Below, one piece after another: positions 30,953 to 41,864 of a DNA stretch of 64,000 nucleotides. Below the pieces are notes generated by a model. That model had not been told where the DNA came from. It saw only the letters and a program-made list of their open reading frames with translations, and did no database searches. A program made the translations under genes and the position numbers. Numbering within the stretch: the stretch's first letter is position 1; every line of letters starts with the position of its first letter. Source of the stretch: an uncultured Cytophagales bacterium (GTDB lineage Bacteria; Bacteroidota; Bacteroidia; Cytophagales; Cyclobacteriaceae); assembly GCA_963833215.1 (NCBI GenBank), contig CAWHXE010000018.1, forward strand, positions 170,970-234,969. Reading direction: 5' to 3'.

Positions 30953-33049
30953 ATGGGAACATCAATAACACTGTTTTTACTAATTCTAGCAGTTGTCGTC
31001 GTGCTAGGCATGCTGGTTTTCTTCATCAAAATGTACCAAAAAGCGGTGCAGGGAGAAGCGCTGGTTCGTACGGGTTCGGGCGACGTGAAAGTCTCCTTTT
31101 CCGGCATCATGGTCGTGCCCGTCCTCCACAAGCTGGAGGTAATGGACATCACCCTAAAGGCGATGGAAATCTCACGGGTCGGCAAAGACGGCCTCGTGTG
31201 CCGGGACAACCTGCGGGCTGATATCAAGGTATCGTTCTTTATTCGGGTCAACAAAACCCGCGAAGACGTGGTGCACGTGGCCCAGTCGATTGGGTGCAAC
31301 CGGGCGTCTGACCCACAAGAACTACAGATGCTCTTCGATGCCAAGTTTTCGGAAGCCCTGAAGACGGTCGGTAAACACTTCGAGTTTGTGGAGTTGTATA
31401 ACTCACGCGCCCAGTTTAAAGAAAAAATCCTGGAAGAAATTGGTACGGACCTCAACGGTTACATCCTCAACGATTGCGCCATCGACTATCTCGAGCAAAC
31501 ACCGCTGGAAAGTCTGAACGAGAACAACATCCTGGACGCTGAAGGCATCAAGAAGATCATCGACCTGACCGCCCAGCAGAAGGTGCAGGCCAACCTGATC
31601 GAGAACGAGAAGCGCAAGATGCTCAAGAAGCAGGACGTGGAAGCCGAAGAAACCATCCTCGAGCTCGACAAGCAACTCACCGAGCAGCAGGAAAAGCAGG
31701 CCCGCGAGGTATCCAACATCCGGGCGCGGGAATCGGCCGAGCGCGAAAAAGTGAAGCAGGAAGAACACAAGCGCGCCGAGCAGGCCCGCATCGCCACCGA
31801 AGAAGAGATCGGCACACTGGAACAAAACAAGGAGCGGCAAATCCTGGTCGCCCAGCGCAACAAAGAACGCACCGACGCCGTTGAGCAGGAACGCGTGGAC
31901 CAGGCCCGCTTGCTGGAATCTACCGATAAGGAACGCGTGGTTGAGTTGGCCCGTATTGAGAAAGAGAAAGCCCTGGAAGAAGAGCGCCGGAATATTCAGG
32001 AAGTGATCCGCGAACGGGTAATCGTGGAGAAAGCCACGGTGATCGAGGAGGAAAAAATCAAGGACACCCGGGCAATGGCCGAGGCCGACCGAAGCAAGCA
32101 GGTGGCCATCGTGAACGCCGAGCGCGACGCGCAGGAATCTTTGGTGAAAGAAATCAAAGCCGCCGAAGCAGCCCAGCAGGCCGCCGAGCACCGCGCCAAG
32201 CAGGTGATGATCGACGCCCAGGCTGAGGAGGATTCGGCCGCGCACCGGGCCGTGGCCATGAAGACGATGGCCGACGCGGAAGCGGCCCAGAAAGCCGCCA
32301 TCGGCCTGTCCGAAGCCCAGGTGATGGAAGCCAAGGCGGCGGCCCGCGAGAAAGAGGGCGAAGCCGAAGCCGGAGTGATCGAGGCGCAGGCCGAAGCCGA
32401 CGCCAAGGGGATCAGCCTGCGCGCCGCGGCCCAGTCGGAAGCCGATCAGAAGCTGGGCATGGTGGCCGCGCAGATCAGCCTCGAGCAGGGAAAATCCGAC
32501 GCCCAGGTAGTCGAGATCAAGGCCGCGGCCGACGAAAAGCAGGGACTGGCCGAAGCCCGCGTGATGCAGCAGAAGTACAAGGCCGAAGCCGAGGGCATTC
32601 GCGAAAAAGCCAATGCCATGCAGGTGCTGGACGGTCCGGGCAAAGAGCACGAAGAATTTAAGCTGCGCCTGGAAACCGAACGCACTCTGGAACTGGCTCG
32701 CATCGACATCCAGCGCGAAATCGCCGAGTCACAAGCGAAGGTCATCAGCGAAGCCCTGAAGGCCGCCCACATCGAGATCATCGGCGGCGAAACCATGCTC
32801 TTTGACCAAATTATGGGCTCCATCGCCAAGGGCAAAGCCATCGACGGCATGATCAGCAAGAACGGGTCGTTGCAAGAGGTGAAGACCGCCCTGCTGCACT
32901 CCAACGGCGGCGGCGGACTCAAGGAAAACCTGCGCAAGCTGGTGGACCAGTTCGGCGTTTCTTCCGATGACCTAAAGAACCTGACGGTATCGGCTTTGCT
33001 GCTGAAGATGATGAACCAGACCGACGGGAAGAGGAAAAAGACGGATTAA
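30953..33049 (+). CDS. Flotillin-like SPFH/Band-7 protein (YqiK/FloT family)
   Basis: 698 aa. N-terminal TM helix, SPFH domain, then a long EA-rich coiled-coil flotillin domain. Confidence 0.8.
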   Translation: MGTSITLFLLILAVVVVLGMLVFFIKMYQKAVQGEALVRTGSGDVKVSFSGIMVVPVLHKLEVMDITLKAMEISRVGKDGLVCRDNLRADIKVSFFIRVNKTREDVVHVAQSIGCNRASDPQELQMLFDAKFSEALKTVGKHFEFVELYNSRAQFKEKILEEIGTDLNGYILNDCAIDYLEQTPLESLNENNILDAEGIKKIIDLTAQQKVQANLIENEKRKMLKKQDVEAEETILELDKQLTEQQEKQAREVSNIRARESAEREKVKQEEHKRAEQARIATEEEIGTLEQNKERQILVAQRNKERTDAVEQERVDQARLLESTDKERVVELARIEKEKALEEERRNIQEVIRERVIVEKATVIEEEKIKDTRAMAEADRSKQVAIVNAERDAQESLVKEIKAAEAAQQAAEHRAKQVMIDAQAEEDSAAHRAVAMKTMADAEAAQKAAIGLSEAQVMEAKAAAREKEGEAEAGVIEAQAEADAKGISLRAAAQSEADQKLGMVAAQISLEQGKSDAQVVEIKAAADEKQGLAEARVMQQKYKAEAEGIREKANAMQVLDGPGKEHEEFKLRLETERTLELARIDIQREIAESQAKVISEALKAAHIEIIGGETMLFDQIMGSIAKGKAIDGMISKNGSLQEVKTALLHSNGGGGLKENLRKLVDQFGVSSDDLKNLTVSALLLKMMNQTDGKRKKTD

Positions 33050-33210
33050 ATAAGTTGCTCGACCTGGCCCGCACCGCCGGATTAGCGGACGAGCCGATGC
33101 GGAATATTCAGTTGTAGAAGTGAGGCAGTCAGGTGGCTTCAAGTCGTTCGGCCGTTGCTAACTACTTACCGAAAAAATCGTAAATTGTAACTGATAAAAC
33201 TGCAAAAGCA

Positions 33211-33795
33211 ATGGACGAAGAAGTCAAAGAACGAGTCAGCACCTTGGAAGTTATTTTAGGAGAGTTCGTAGTACGTACCGAAAAGATGTTGCGGCGTATG
33301 GAACAGGACACAAAGACCTTCAAAGAAGAAGTGCGCCAGGACCGAAAAGAAATGAACAAGAGGTGGGGTGACCTAGCTAACCGCCTTGGTACCCTTGCTG
33401 AAGATATTGCTGCTCCCAACGTGCGCACAATGGCGACTACACGATTTGGATGCACAGATATTGATAGCTATTCAGTACGCGTGATGCGGCGAAGTCGGCA
33501 AGACCGAAAGAGACTAACCGAGTTTGATGTCGTTATTACCTGCGGCGACTACTTGTTTATCAACGAAACCAAATCAACTCCACGGGAAGAATACGTCCTT
33601 GATTTTGCCGAAAAGTTAGAAGACATTTTTGACTTTCTTCCGGAATACGAAGGCAAAACGGTGGTCCCTATATTTTCTAGCCTGCACCTGCCCGAACCGA
33701 TTGTTCAACTGCTTACCAAGCACAAAATCTACGCGATGGCTTTGGGTGGGGAGACGATGGAGTTACTGAATTACGAAGCGGTGCGGCATCAGTAG
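33211..33795 (+). CDS. Hypothetical protein with an N-terminal coiled coil and a putative PD-(D/E)xK nuclease-fold core
   Basis: 194 aa. The candidate motif EFDVVITCGDYLFINETKS matches D-x(n)-E-x-K geometry. No family name assigned. Confidence 0.4.
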   Translation: MDEEVKERVSTLEVILGEFVVRTEKMLRRMEQDTKTFKEEVRQDRKEMNKRWGDLANRLGTLAEDIAAPNVRTMATTRFGCTDIDSYSVRVMRRSRQDRKRLTEFDVVITCGDYLFINETKSTPREEYVLDFAEKLEDIFDFLPEYEGKTVVPIFSSLHLPEPIVQLLTKHKIYAMALGGETMELLNYEAVRHQ

Positions 33796-33864
33796 TGGGT
33801 CCTTACGTAGTTGTGGAGCTTTTGATGCCGAGACCTTACTATTTACTAAAAAGTTTCCTACTGA

Positions 33865-36800
33865 ATGACAGCAGCGACCACTACCGAACTGGGCAGCAGC
33901 ACCTACGAAATCCTGCAAAACCGACTCCAGCAGCAAACCCAGCAGTTGCGCGAACGTTTGCAGCAACTCAACCAGGCCCGCCAGGAGGTATTCGGAGCCA
34001 TCGAGACCAAGTTGATCGCCACCGAGCGCATTCATACCGAGCACAACTGCGTGCCCTACGATATGGTGCCGCTGGACACTAAGTTTCTGTTCGGCTACAA
34101 CGTGCATCTGGGCCTCAAGACTGCCGTGGAGCTGTCCGATGTCTTTAGTGTTTACGACTATCAGGAGCACAGCTTCCGCTCGTTGGGCTACGAACTGCTC
34201 GATGATGCCACCTTCGCGGCTGACTTTCAGAAACTGTATAAGTACTACAAAGACACCAAATTTATTCGCTTCGTGCGTCGCGGGACCGTACCTGTATATG
34301 GTCTTCCGAATCAGCAAAAGTGCCAGCGACCTCAAGGCCTTCAAGTGGGAACTAGACGGCGAAGCCTTGGTCTACCGCGACAACCGCAGCGAGCACGAAA
34401 TTGAACTGCCCGAGCAGCACGACTTCGTCTGGCAACGCACCACCCGCGACGATCAGCGCGAGGGGAAGTATCCGCACATCTCGGTGGCCGACCGGGTGTT
34501 CGTCGAAACCATCGGCGGCGACCTGACCATCAAGGTAGAAGACAATACCGAACAGGGGCAGGGCATCTACCGCGAGGAAGTTGAGAACCCCGACCAGACG
34601 CTCGACGATGCCGAAGTACACTACGCACTGCTGGGCAACATCGTGCTGCTCAAAATCCGTCCGTACCAGGAAAAGCATTACCGATACATTGCCTACAACG
34701 CCAAGTTGCAAGAAGCCCGCCGCATCGACGCGGTGGCGCAGGCCGGTATTCTGCTACCTGATGATCAGGGTATTCTATTTCCGAACGGCTACTACCTACA
34801 AACCGGTGACTTCAAACAGTTTGATAGCGAACTAAACGACTTGCGCTTCGAGCAAAAGCTGATGTCGCCCAACGGCGAAGACTATCTGTACGTTTTCTAT
34901 CACGCTGAGCGGGGCGTGTACCAACTGCTGCCCTACAACATCATTGAGCAGACGGTGCGGACGCCCATCATCGGCCACGGCTACGCCATTTTCGAGAACG
35001 GTGAACTGTGCTACTTCAACGCCGACGCCGAACCCAAGAAGCACCACGCCATCCGCATCTGGCAAACCCCCTACGTGGGTCCCAACTTTCCGCTCACCGA
35101 GCAAAGCGATTCGTACCTGTTCAAGATTGGCAACCAGGACATTGTGCGGGCGATGGCCGAGTGCCAGGCCCTAATCAGCCTAGTGGAGAAGGGCGAAAGC
35201 TACCAGGATTTGTACGTCGACCTGCAAAAGCAAGCCACCACCGTGCTGGACGCCTACTACTGGCTGGACAGTCCCGAAGCGGCCACCATCAGCGAACCAT
35301 TGCGGGCCATCCGCGAAACCGCCGTTGCCGCCACCGACGAGTTCGAGAAGGTGCGCAACCTCCGCCAGAATACCCAGCATCGCACCGATGAAGTGCTGCA
35401 ATCGGCCGATCACCTGCAGCGCGACCTGACCAAGAAGTCGTACGAGCACATCAATGATTTTGTGGCGGCACTGTCGCAACTGCGGGAGCGGCGCGGCGAA
35501 GTGATCTCGCTCAAAGAACTGCGTTTTGTTGACGAGGCGCGCGTGGCGGAGTACGAAACCCAACTGGCCGAATCGGCCGAGCGAACGGCCCAGCGGTGCG
35601 TGCGCTTTCTGCTGCGCGACGATGCGCTGCAACCCTACCACCAGCGCGTTCAATCGCTGGAAACCGACATCGCGGGTGTAAAGAAGGTGGTAGAAGCCCA
35701 GGAGCTAACCGAGCAAATCAAGCAATTGTCGGGCGAACTGGAGATGCTCATCGAGATCGTAAGCAACCTGACGATTAAGGATGCGACCCAAACTACCCAA
35801 ATTGTCGACAACATCTCGGCCATCTTCTCCGAACTCAACAAAGCCAAAGCGCAACTACAGCGCCGCCGCAAAGAGCTGATGAGCGCCGAAGGCAAAGCCG
35901 AATTTTTTGCGCAGACCAAGCTCATCAATCAGGCGATGGTGAACTACCTCGACGTGTCGGACACACCCGAAAAGTGCGACGAGTACGCCAACAAGCTGAT
36001 GGTGCAACTCGAAGAACTGGAGGGTAAGTTTGCCGAGTTCGACGAGTTCATTGAGCAGATCGCCCAGCTGCGCGAGGAGGTTTACAACGCCTTCGAGTCG
36101 CGCAAGGTGCAGTTGGTAGAGGCCCGCAACAAGCGCGCTACCAACCTGGTGCAGTCGGCCGACCGCATCCTGAAGGCGGTGCAAAACCGGGTGAGTAGCA
36201 TCAAATCGGTGACCGAACTGAACGGCTACTTTGCCGCTGACCTGATGATCGAGAAAACGCGCCGCATCATCGAGGAACTGCAACAACTCGGCGACAGCGT
36301 TCGGGCCGACGAAGTGCAGAGTCGCCTGAAGTCGGCGCAGGAAGACGCGGTGCGTCAACTGAAAGATCGTACCGAGTTGTTCGTCGACGGGCAGGACGTG
36401 ATTCGCTTCGGGGAGCACGCCTTTTCGGTGAACACCGCCGACCTGGCCCTGACCACGGTGGCTAAAGACGATCAGTTGTTTTATCACCTCACCGGCACCA
36501 ACTTTTATGAGCCAATGGCTCCCGAGCAAGTGGAGCCCTACCGGCCGTACTGGAACCAGTCGCTGGTATCGGAAACCGCGGAGGTGTACCGCGCCGAGTT
36601 CCTGGCCTACCAGCTCTACCGGGAAACCGAAGCTAGCCCTTCGTTTGAAGAACTAGCGGAGAAAGATTCGGATGCGCTGACCGCCTACGTGCAGCAGCGG
36701 ATGGCCCCGCGCTACGACGAAGGCTACGTGAAGGGCGTGCACGACCACGACGCGGCACGCATCCTGGGAGCGTTGGTGACGATGCGGCGCTCGGCCGGAC

Positions 36801-38735
36801 TGCTGCGCTACCCGGCCGAAGCGCGGACCTGCGCCGCCTTGTGCTGGCTGCACTTTCTGGAAGCTCCCGGTGCGCCAGCAGCTCAACCACCAGCTCAAGG
36901 GAGCCGGAGCCATCCTGCACGTCTTTCCCCACAGCCACGAGTTTGACCAGGTGCAGCAGGCCATCACCGCGGTGGTGGACGAGTTTGTGCGGGAAACCCA
37001 GCTTTTCGGCGGCAAAACCGTGGCCCCGGCGGCTGAGTATCTCTTCTACGAACTGATCAGCGACGACGATTTTGCCATCGATCAGGCGTCGGTGACGCTG
37101 CGCGACCAGTTTAGGAAGTACCTCGAAAAAAGCCAGGCCACTGAGGCCTACCGGCAGTCAGTAGACAATTTGCAGGATGATCGGTGGCTTCAGTACGGCC
37201 TCATCCGCCGGTGGGTGCGTTCGTTTGCCGAGCAGACCGAGCAGGACGTTCGCTTTGCCGATGAGGCCGCCCTGCTGCTGTTCTCCGACCAACTGGATAC
37301 CGACCAGGTGGCTGAAGCCACCCTGCACCAAACCCTCACCGGTTTGCAGGGTAACCATCCGCTGCTCCCGGAAGGAAACTACGCGCTGGACTACAATCAG
37401 TTCATGGATCGGCTGTCGGTTTTCGCCGAAGAAACGGTGCCTACGTTCCGAGCGTTTCAGGCGCTCAAGCGGCAGCTAACGGCAGACTTCACGAATGAGC
37501 TGCGGCTGGAGGAATTTAAACCGCGGGTGATGTCGTCCTTCGTGCGCAATCAACTGATTGACCAGGTCTACCTGCCGTTGATCGGAGCTAATTTGGCCAA
37601 GCAAATCGGCACCGCCGGAGCCAACAAGCGCACCGATCTGATGGGCATGCTGCTGCTCATCTCGCCGCCCGGCTACGGCAAAACCACCCTGATGGAGTAT
37701 CTGGCGAACCGCCTGGGCATTATTTTTATGAAAATCAACGGCCCGGCCATTGGGCACGCGGTGACGGCCGTAGACCCGGCGCAGGCTCCCAACGCCGGGG
37801 CGCGCGAGGAGCTGGAAAAGCTCAACCTGGCCTTCGAGATGGGCGACAACGTGATGATCTACCTGGACGACATCCAGCACTGCCACCCCGAGTTTTTGCA
37901 GAAGTTTATCTCCCTCTGCGACGCCCAGCGCAAGATCGAGGGCGTGTACAAGGGACGCAGCAAAACCTACGACTTTCGGGGTAAGAAGGTGTGCGTGGTG
38001 ATGGCGGGCAACCCCTACACCGAAAGCGGCGACAAGTTTCAGATTCCCGATATGCTGACCAACCGCGCCGACATCTACAACCTGGGCGACATCATCGGCG
38101 ACTCGGCCGACGCCTTCAAGCTGAGCTACATCGAGAACTGCCTGACCTCCAATCCCGTGCTCAACCAACTGGCCAGCAAAAGTCAGCGCGACGTGCAAAC
38201 GCTGGTGCGGATGGCCGAAACCGGCGAGCGGGCCGGGGCCGAGTTTGAGACCAACCATACGGCCGAAGAAGTGCGGGAGTACGTGACCGTGCTGGAAAAA
38301 CTACTGACTGTGCGCGACGTGGTGCTGCGGGTGAACACCGAGTACATTCACTCGGCGGGACAGGCGGACGCGTACCGCACCGAGCCATCCTTTAAGTTGC
38401 AGGGATCGTACCGCGACATGAACAAGCTGGCCGAGCGGGTGGTGCCGGTGATGAACGAGGCCGAACTGCAAACCCTAATCCGCGCGCACTACGAAAACGA
38501 AGCCCAGACCCTCACCACCGGGGCCGAGGCCAATCTGCTAAAGCTCAACGAAATGCGCAGCTTGCTTACCGACGAAGAGCAGCAGCGCTGGGAAGACATC
38601 AAAGCAATTTTTGTGAAGCAGCAACGCGCCAAAGGATACGGTCAGAACGGAATGGCGCAGGCGGTGGAGACGATGGAAGACATTTCGGGCAGCCTGCGCG
38701 GAATTGCGGAGGCGCTGCGGGGGAAAGAGGATTAG
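33865..38735 (+). CDS. Giant (~1,620 aa) protein: unassigned N-terminal ~450 aa, long coiled-coil middle, C-terminal AAA+ ATPase (MoxR/AAA_5-like) domain; two frameshifts
   Basis: Three colinear ORFs (33865..34404, 34139..36946, 36870..38735). Walker A LLISPPGYGKTT, Walker B VMIYLDDIQ, sensor-1-like VCVVMAGNPYT. Frame breaks at GGG(G) 34281-34284 and CC(C) 36866-36868. Confidence 0.7.
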
Positions 38736-38965
38736 CATTGAAAGTGTAGAATGGTCGGTGAGTCGATGAATAGTTGCGCAAGAAGCTGCGTGTTGCTATG
38801 AACAATTCGTTAAAAGTTCTGTTTTAGAGAACTTTTCATATATTTGTATCATAGCTGGGCTGATGAAAAGAATCATTGCGAAAAGCAGTGGGCATTTATT
38901 CGGTTCATTGGCACCCACGTTGAGTACGATAAAGTGGACGCAAATACGATTTAGATTAAAATACT

Positions 38966-39346
38966 ATGAAAGTAAAACCCATCAAAACCGAAGAGGACTA
39001 CCGAAGGGCACTCGGGCGGCTTGAGTTAATTTTTGACGCTTCAACCGACACTGATGAAGGTGACGAAGCAGAAATTTTATCTCTACTTATAGAAAATTAC
39101 GAAAACGAGTATTATCCCATTGAGGCACCCGACCCGATTGAGGCTATCAAAATTCGAATGGAAGAGCTCAACATGCGCCAGAAGGACTTGGTGGGGATCA
39201 TCGGGGGCAAAAGCCGCGTATCGGAAATCTTGAACCGAAAGAAAAAGCTGACCGTAGAAATGATCAGAGAATTAGAGCAATTGCTTCATATCTCCGCATC
39301 GGTTTTAGTGCATGATTATCAGCTTACCAGCCAGCAAGAAAAGTAA
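38966..39346 (+). CDS. HigA-like XRE-family HTH protein (antitoxin-type regulator)
   Basis: 126 aa with a C-terminal HTH (LNMRQKDLVGIIGGKSRVSEILNRKKKLTVEMIRELEQ). AT-rich local composition. Confidence 0.6.
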   Translation: MKVKPIKTEEDYRRALGRLELIFDASTDTDEGDEAEILSLLIENYENEYYPIEAPDPIEAIKIRMEELNMRQKDLVGIIGGKSRVSEILNRKKKLTVEMIRELEQLLHISASVLVHDYQLTSQQEK

Positions 39347-39433
39347 CAGCGTTTGTAGCGGAGAAAAACGGTTCTATTCCCATTAAATATGCGGAGATTA
39401 GTCCGTATATTTACCGCAAAACGACGATAGTTC

Positions 39434-40501
39434 ATGCCGAGATACATATACGAATACGAGCGTTGGCCTGAATTTGCCTGGGATAATAAACAAATCAGTT
39501 TGATTTTAGGCAAGGTTCAACATCTACAAGGAAAAGTTTTCGGGCAAATGGGAGCGCTTGGTTTTGCAGTAAAGGAAGAAACAATGTTGTCAACCTTAAC
39601 TTTGGATGTTCTAAAATCGTCTGAGATTGAAGGAGAAATGCTTAATTATGAACAGGTTCGTTCCTCGATAGCGAGAAGATTAGGATTGGAATATGCAGGT
39701 ATCGTTCACGTTGATAGAAATGTGGAAGGTGTTGTAGAAATGATGCTTGATGCAACGCAAAGGTTTGATAAACCCCTTGATCATGAACGGATTTTTGGAT
39801 GGCATGCCGCACTATTTCCAACCGGCTGGAGCGGAATACATAGAATAGATACGGGGTGTTATCGTGATGGCGAAATGCTGGTAGTTTCAGGTCCAATGGG
39901 AAGAGAGAAAATACACTTTCAAGCACCATCACCCAATGTTGTAAAAAAAGAAATGGATGAGTTTCTAGATTGGTTTAATCAAGAAACTGAACTTGACGAG
40001 GTGCTAAAAGCCGCAATTGCCCATTTTTGGTTCATCATAATTCATCCCTTTGATGATGGGAACGGGCGAATTGCCAGGGCATTATCAGACATGCTACTTG
40101 CTCGTTCCGAAGAAAGTTCTCAAAGATTTTATAGTTTGTCAAACCAGATTCTTTCTGAGAAAAAAAAGTATTATGCGGTCTTGCAGGAAGTACAATATAG
40201 TTCTGGCGATATAACGGATTGGCTAAATTGGTTTCTAAATTGTCTGTATAAAGCATTAGAGAATACGGAAGAAACGTTAAAGCGGGTTCTCAAAAAAGCA
40301 GATTTCTGGGATAAGCACAAAGAAACCTTGTTGAATAGTCGTCAAAGATTAATGTTGAACAAACTATTTGATGGATTTGATGGCAAGTTAAAATCATCTA
40401 AATGGGCTAAGATTGCTAAGTGTTCGGCTGATACTGCATTAAGAGACATAAAAGATTTGATTGAAAAAGGAATTTTACAGCAAGAAGAATCAGGAGGTTG
40501 A
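39434..40501 (+). CDS. Fic/DOC-family protein (probable AMPylator), with an N-terminal DUF4172-like region and a C-terminal wHTH
   Basis: 355 aa with the canonical Fic motif HPFDDGNGRIARAL. AT-rich. Confidence 0.85.
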   Translation: MPRYIYEYERWPEFAWDNKQISLILGKVQHLQGKVFGQMGALGFAVKEETMLSTLTLDVLKSSEIEGEMLNYEQVRSSIARRLGLEYAGIVHVDRNVEGVVEMMLDATQRFDKPLDHERIFGWHAALFPTGWSGIHRIDTGCYRDGEMLVVSGPMGREKIHFQAPSPNVVKKEMDEFLDWFNQETELDEVLKAAIAHFWFIIIHPFDDGNGRIARALSDMLLARSEESSQRFYSLSNQILSEKKKYYAVLQEVQYSSGDITDWLNWFLNCLYKALENTEETLKRVLKKADFWDKHKETLLNSRQRLMLNKLFDGFDGKLKSSKWAKIAKCSADTALRDIKDLIEKGILQQEESGG

Positions 40502-40745
40502 AGTACAAACTACGAATTTACGGAAGAATGGAGAATGCACTAGCTACAACAATGCCCATAAAAGACGAAATAGCCACTCTTAAAATTGCGATACCACTGT
40601 TGCCCTCACCGGTCAGCGAACCAGTGAAAGCCAAGAATAATCGTAAAGCTAACCAGTAGCGTCAATTACTATAATATTTCGTGATTGCGTTCAATGAATA
40701 TCATAATGATTTGTGAATGCGGCAGCAAGTGAGTAGCTTTGAAGG

Positions 40746-41864
40746 ATGATACCAAGAACGCTTGCGACACAGATACTATCAAAAATCGGTCGTGGTAAAG
40801 CCATCATGGTAATCGGGCCACGTCAAGTAGGCAAGACTACCCTGATTTTGAAATATCTGGAAGGACTCGACTACAAGTTCTTCGATGGCGACGATCCGGT
40901 AACCCGGACTTCCCTGGATACCCCTAACACCGAGCAGATCCGGGTGCTGCTTGAGAACAAAAAAGTGGTGTTTATTGATGAGGCCCAGCGAATTAATAGT
41001 ATAGGGCTAACCATGAAGATCATCGTTGATCAGTTTAAGGATGTGCAACTATGGATTAGCGGCTCTTCTTCTTTCTCGCTATTTAATGAGTTGAACGAAC
41101 CGCTAACGGGGAGGAAATGGGAATACGAGATGTTTCCAATCAGCTGGGAAGAACTGGAGCAGCACACCGGGCACTTAACGGCGGAAAGACAGTTAGAAGA
41201 CCGATTGCGATTCGGCATGTATCCCGATGTGCTCAACAATCCAGGCGAAGAGATTGAAATATTACAGAACTTAGTGAATAGCTATCTGTATAAAGATATT
41301 TTGTCTTACGCTGGTCTAAAAAAACCGGACGTTTTGGATAAACTCGTCAGAGCCCTAGCCCTGCAGGTGGGCAGTGAGGTAAACTACCAAGAACTCAGCC
41401 AGTTGGTTGGGGTGGATCGCAACACGGTTGAAAAATACATATCGGTTCTGGAAAAGGGTTACGTGGTGTTTCGCCTACCCAGTTACAACAGAAACGTGAG
41501 GAATGAGATCAAGAAGGGTAGAAAGATTTACTTCTACGACAATGGAATCAGGAACATGATTATCGGTTCTATGAATGAGATCACCTTGCGTCCGGATTTG
41601 GGGGCGCTGTGGGAGAACTTTCTTATTTCGGAACGTATCAAACAAAACAGGTATAAGTTGACCTTAGCAAAATCGTATTTCTGGAGAACCACCCAGCAAC
41701 AGGAAATAGACTACGTAGAGGAGAAAGGAACGGGGCTAAAGGCTTATGAATTTAAGTGGAGTCCCAGGAAAAAAGTGAGATTATCCAAGACTTTCACCGA
41801 CGCTTATCAAGTGGAAGGCGAGGTGATCACGAGGGAAAACTTTCGGGATTTTGTAGTGATATAG
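40746..41864 (+). CDS. AAA+ ATPase of the COG1373 type (AAA_14 + DUF4143); paralog of 17246..18439
   Basis: Walker A GPRQVGKTT, Walker B VVFIDEAQ, DUF4143-like C-terminus. Confidence 0.8.
   Translation: MIPRTLATQILSKIGRGKAIMVIGPRQVGKTTLILKYLEGLDYKFFDGDDPVTRTSLDTPNTEQIRVLLENKKVVFIDEAQRINSIGLTMKIIVDQFKDVQLWISGSSSFSLFNELNEPLTGRKWEYEMFPISWEELEQHTGHLTAERQLEDRLRFGMYPDVLNNPGEEIEILQNLVNSYLYKDILSYAGLKKPDVLDKLVRALALQVGSEVNYQELSQLVGVDRNTVEKYISVLEKGYVVFRLPSYNRNVRNEIKKGRKIYFYDNGIRNMIIGSMNEITLRPDLGALWENFLISERIKQNRYKLTLAKSYFWRTTQQQEIDYVEEKGTGLKAYEFKWSPRKKVRLSKTFTDAYQVEGEVITRENFRDFVVI

Noticed and set aside
31403-32650. 415-aa antisense ORF, plus others at 31486..31872, 31996..32406 and 32446..32937, inside the flotillin gene
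   Set aside because: These are artefacts of the GC-rich, EA-repeat coding sequence on the sense strand. They have no start context and no recognisable fold, and they fully overlap a confident gene.
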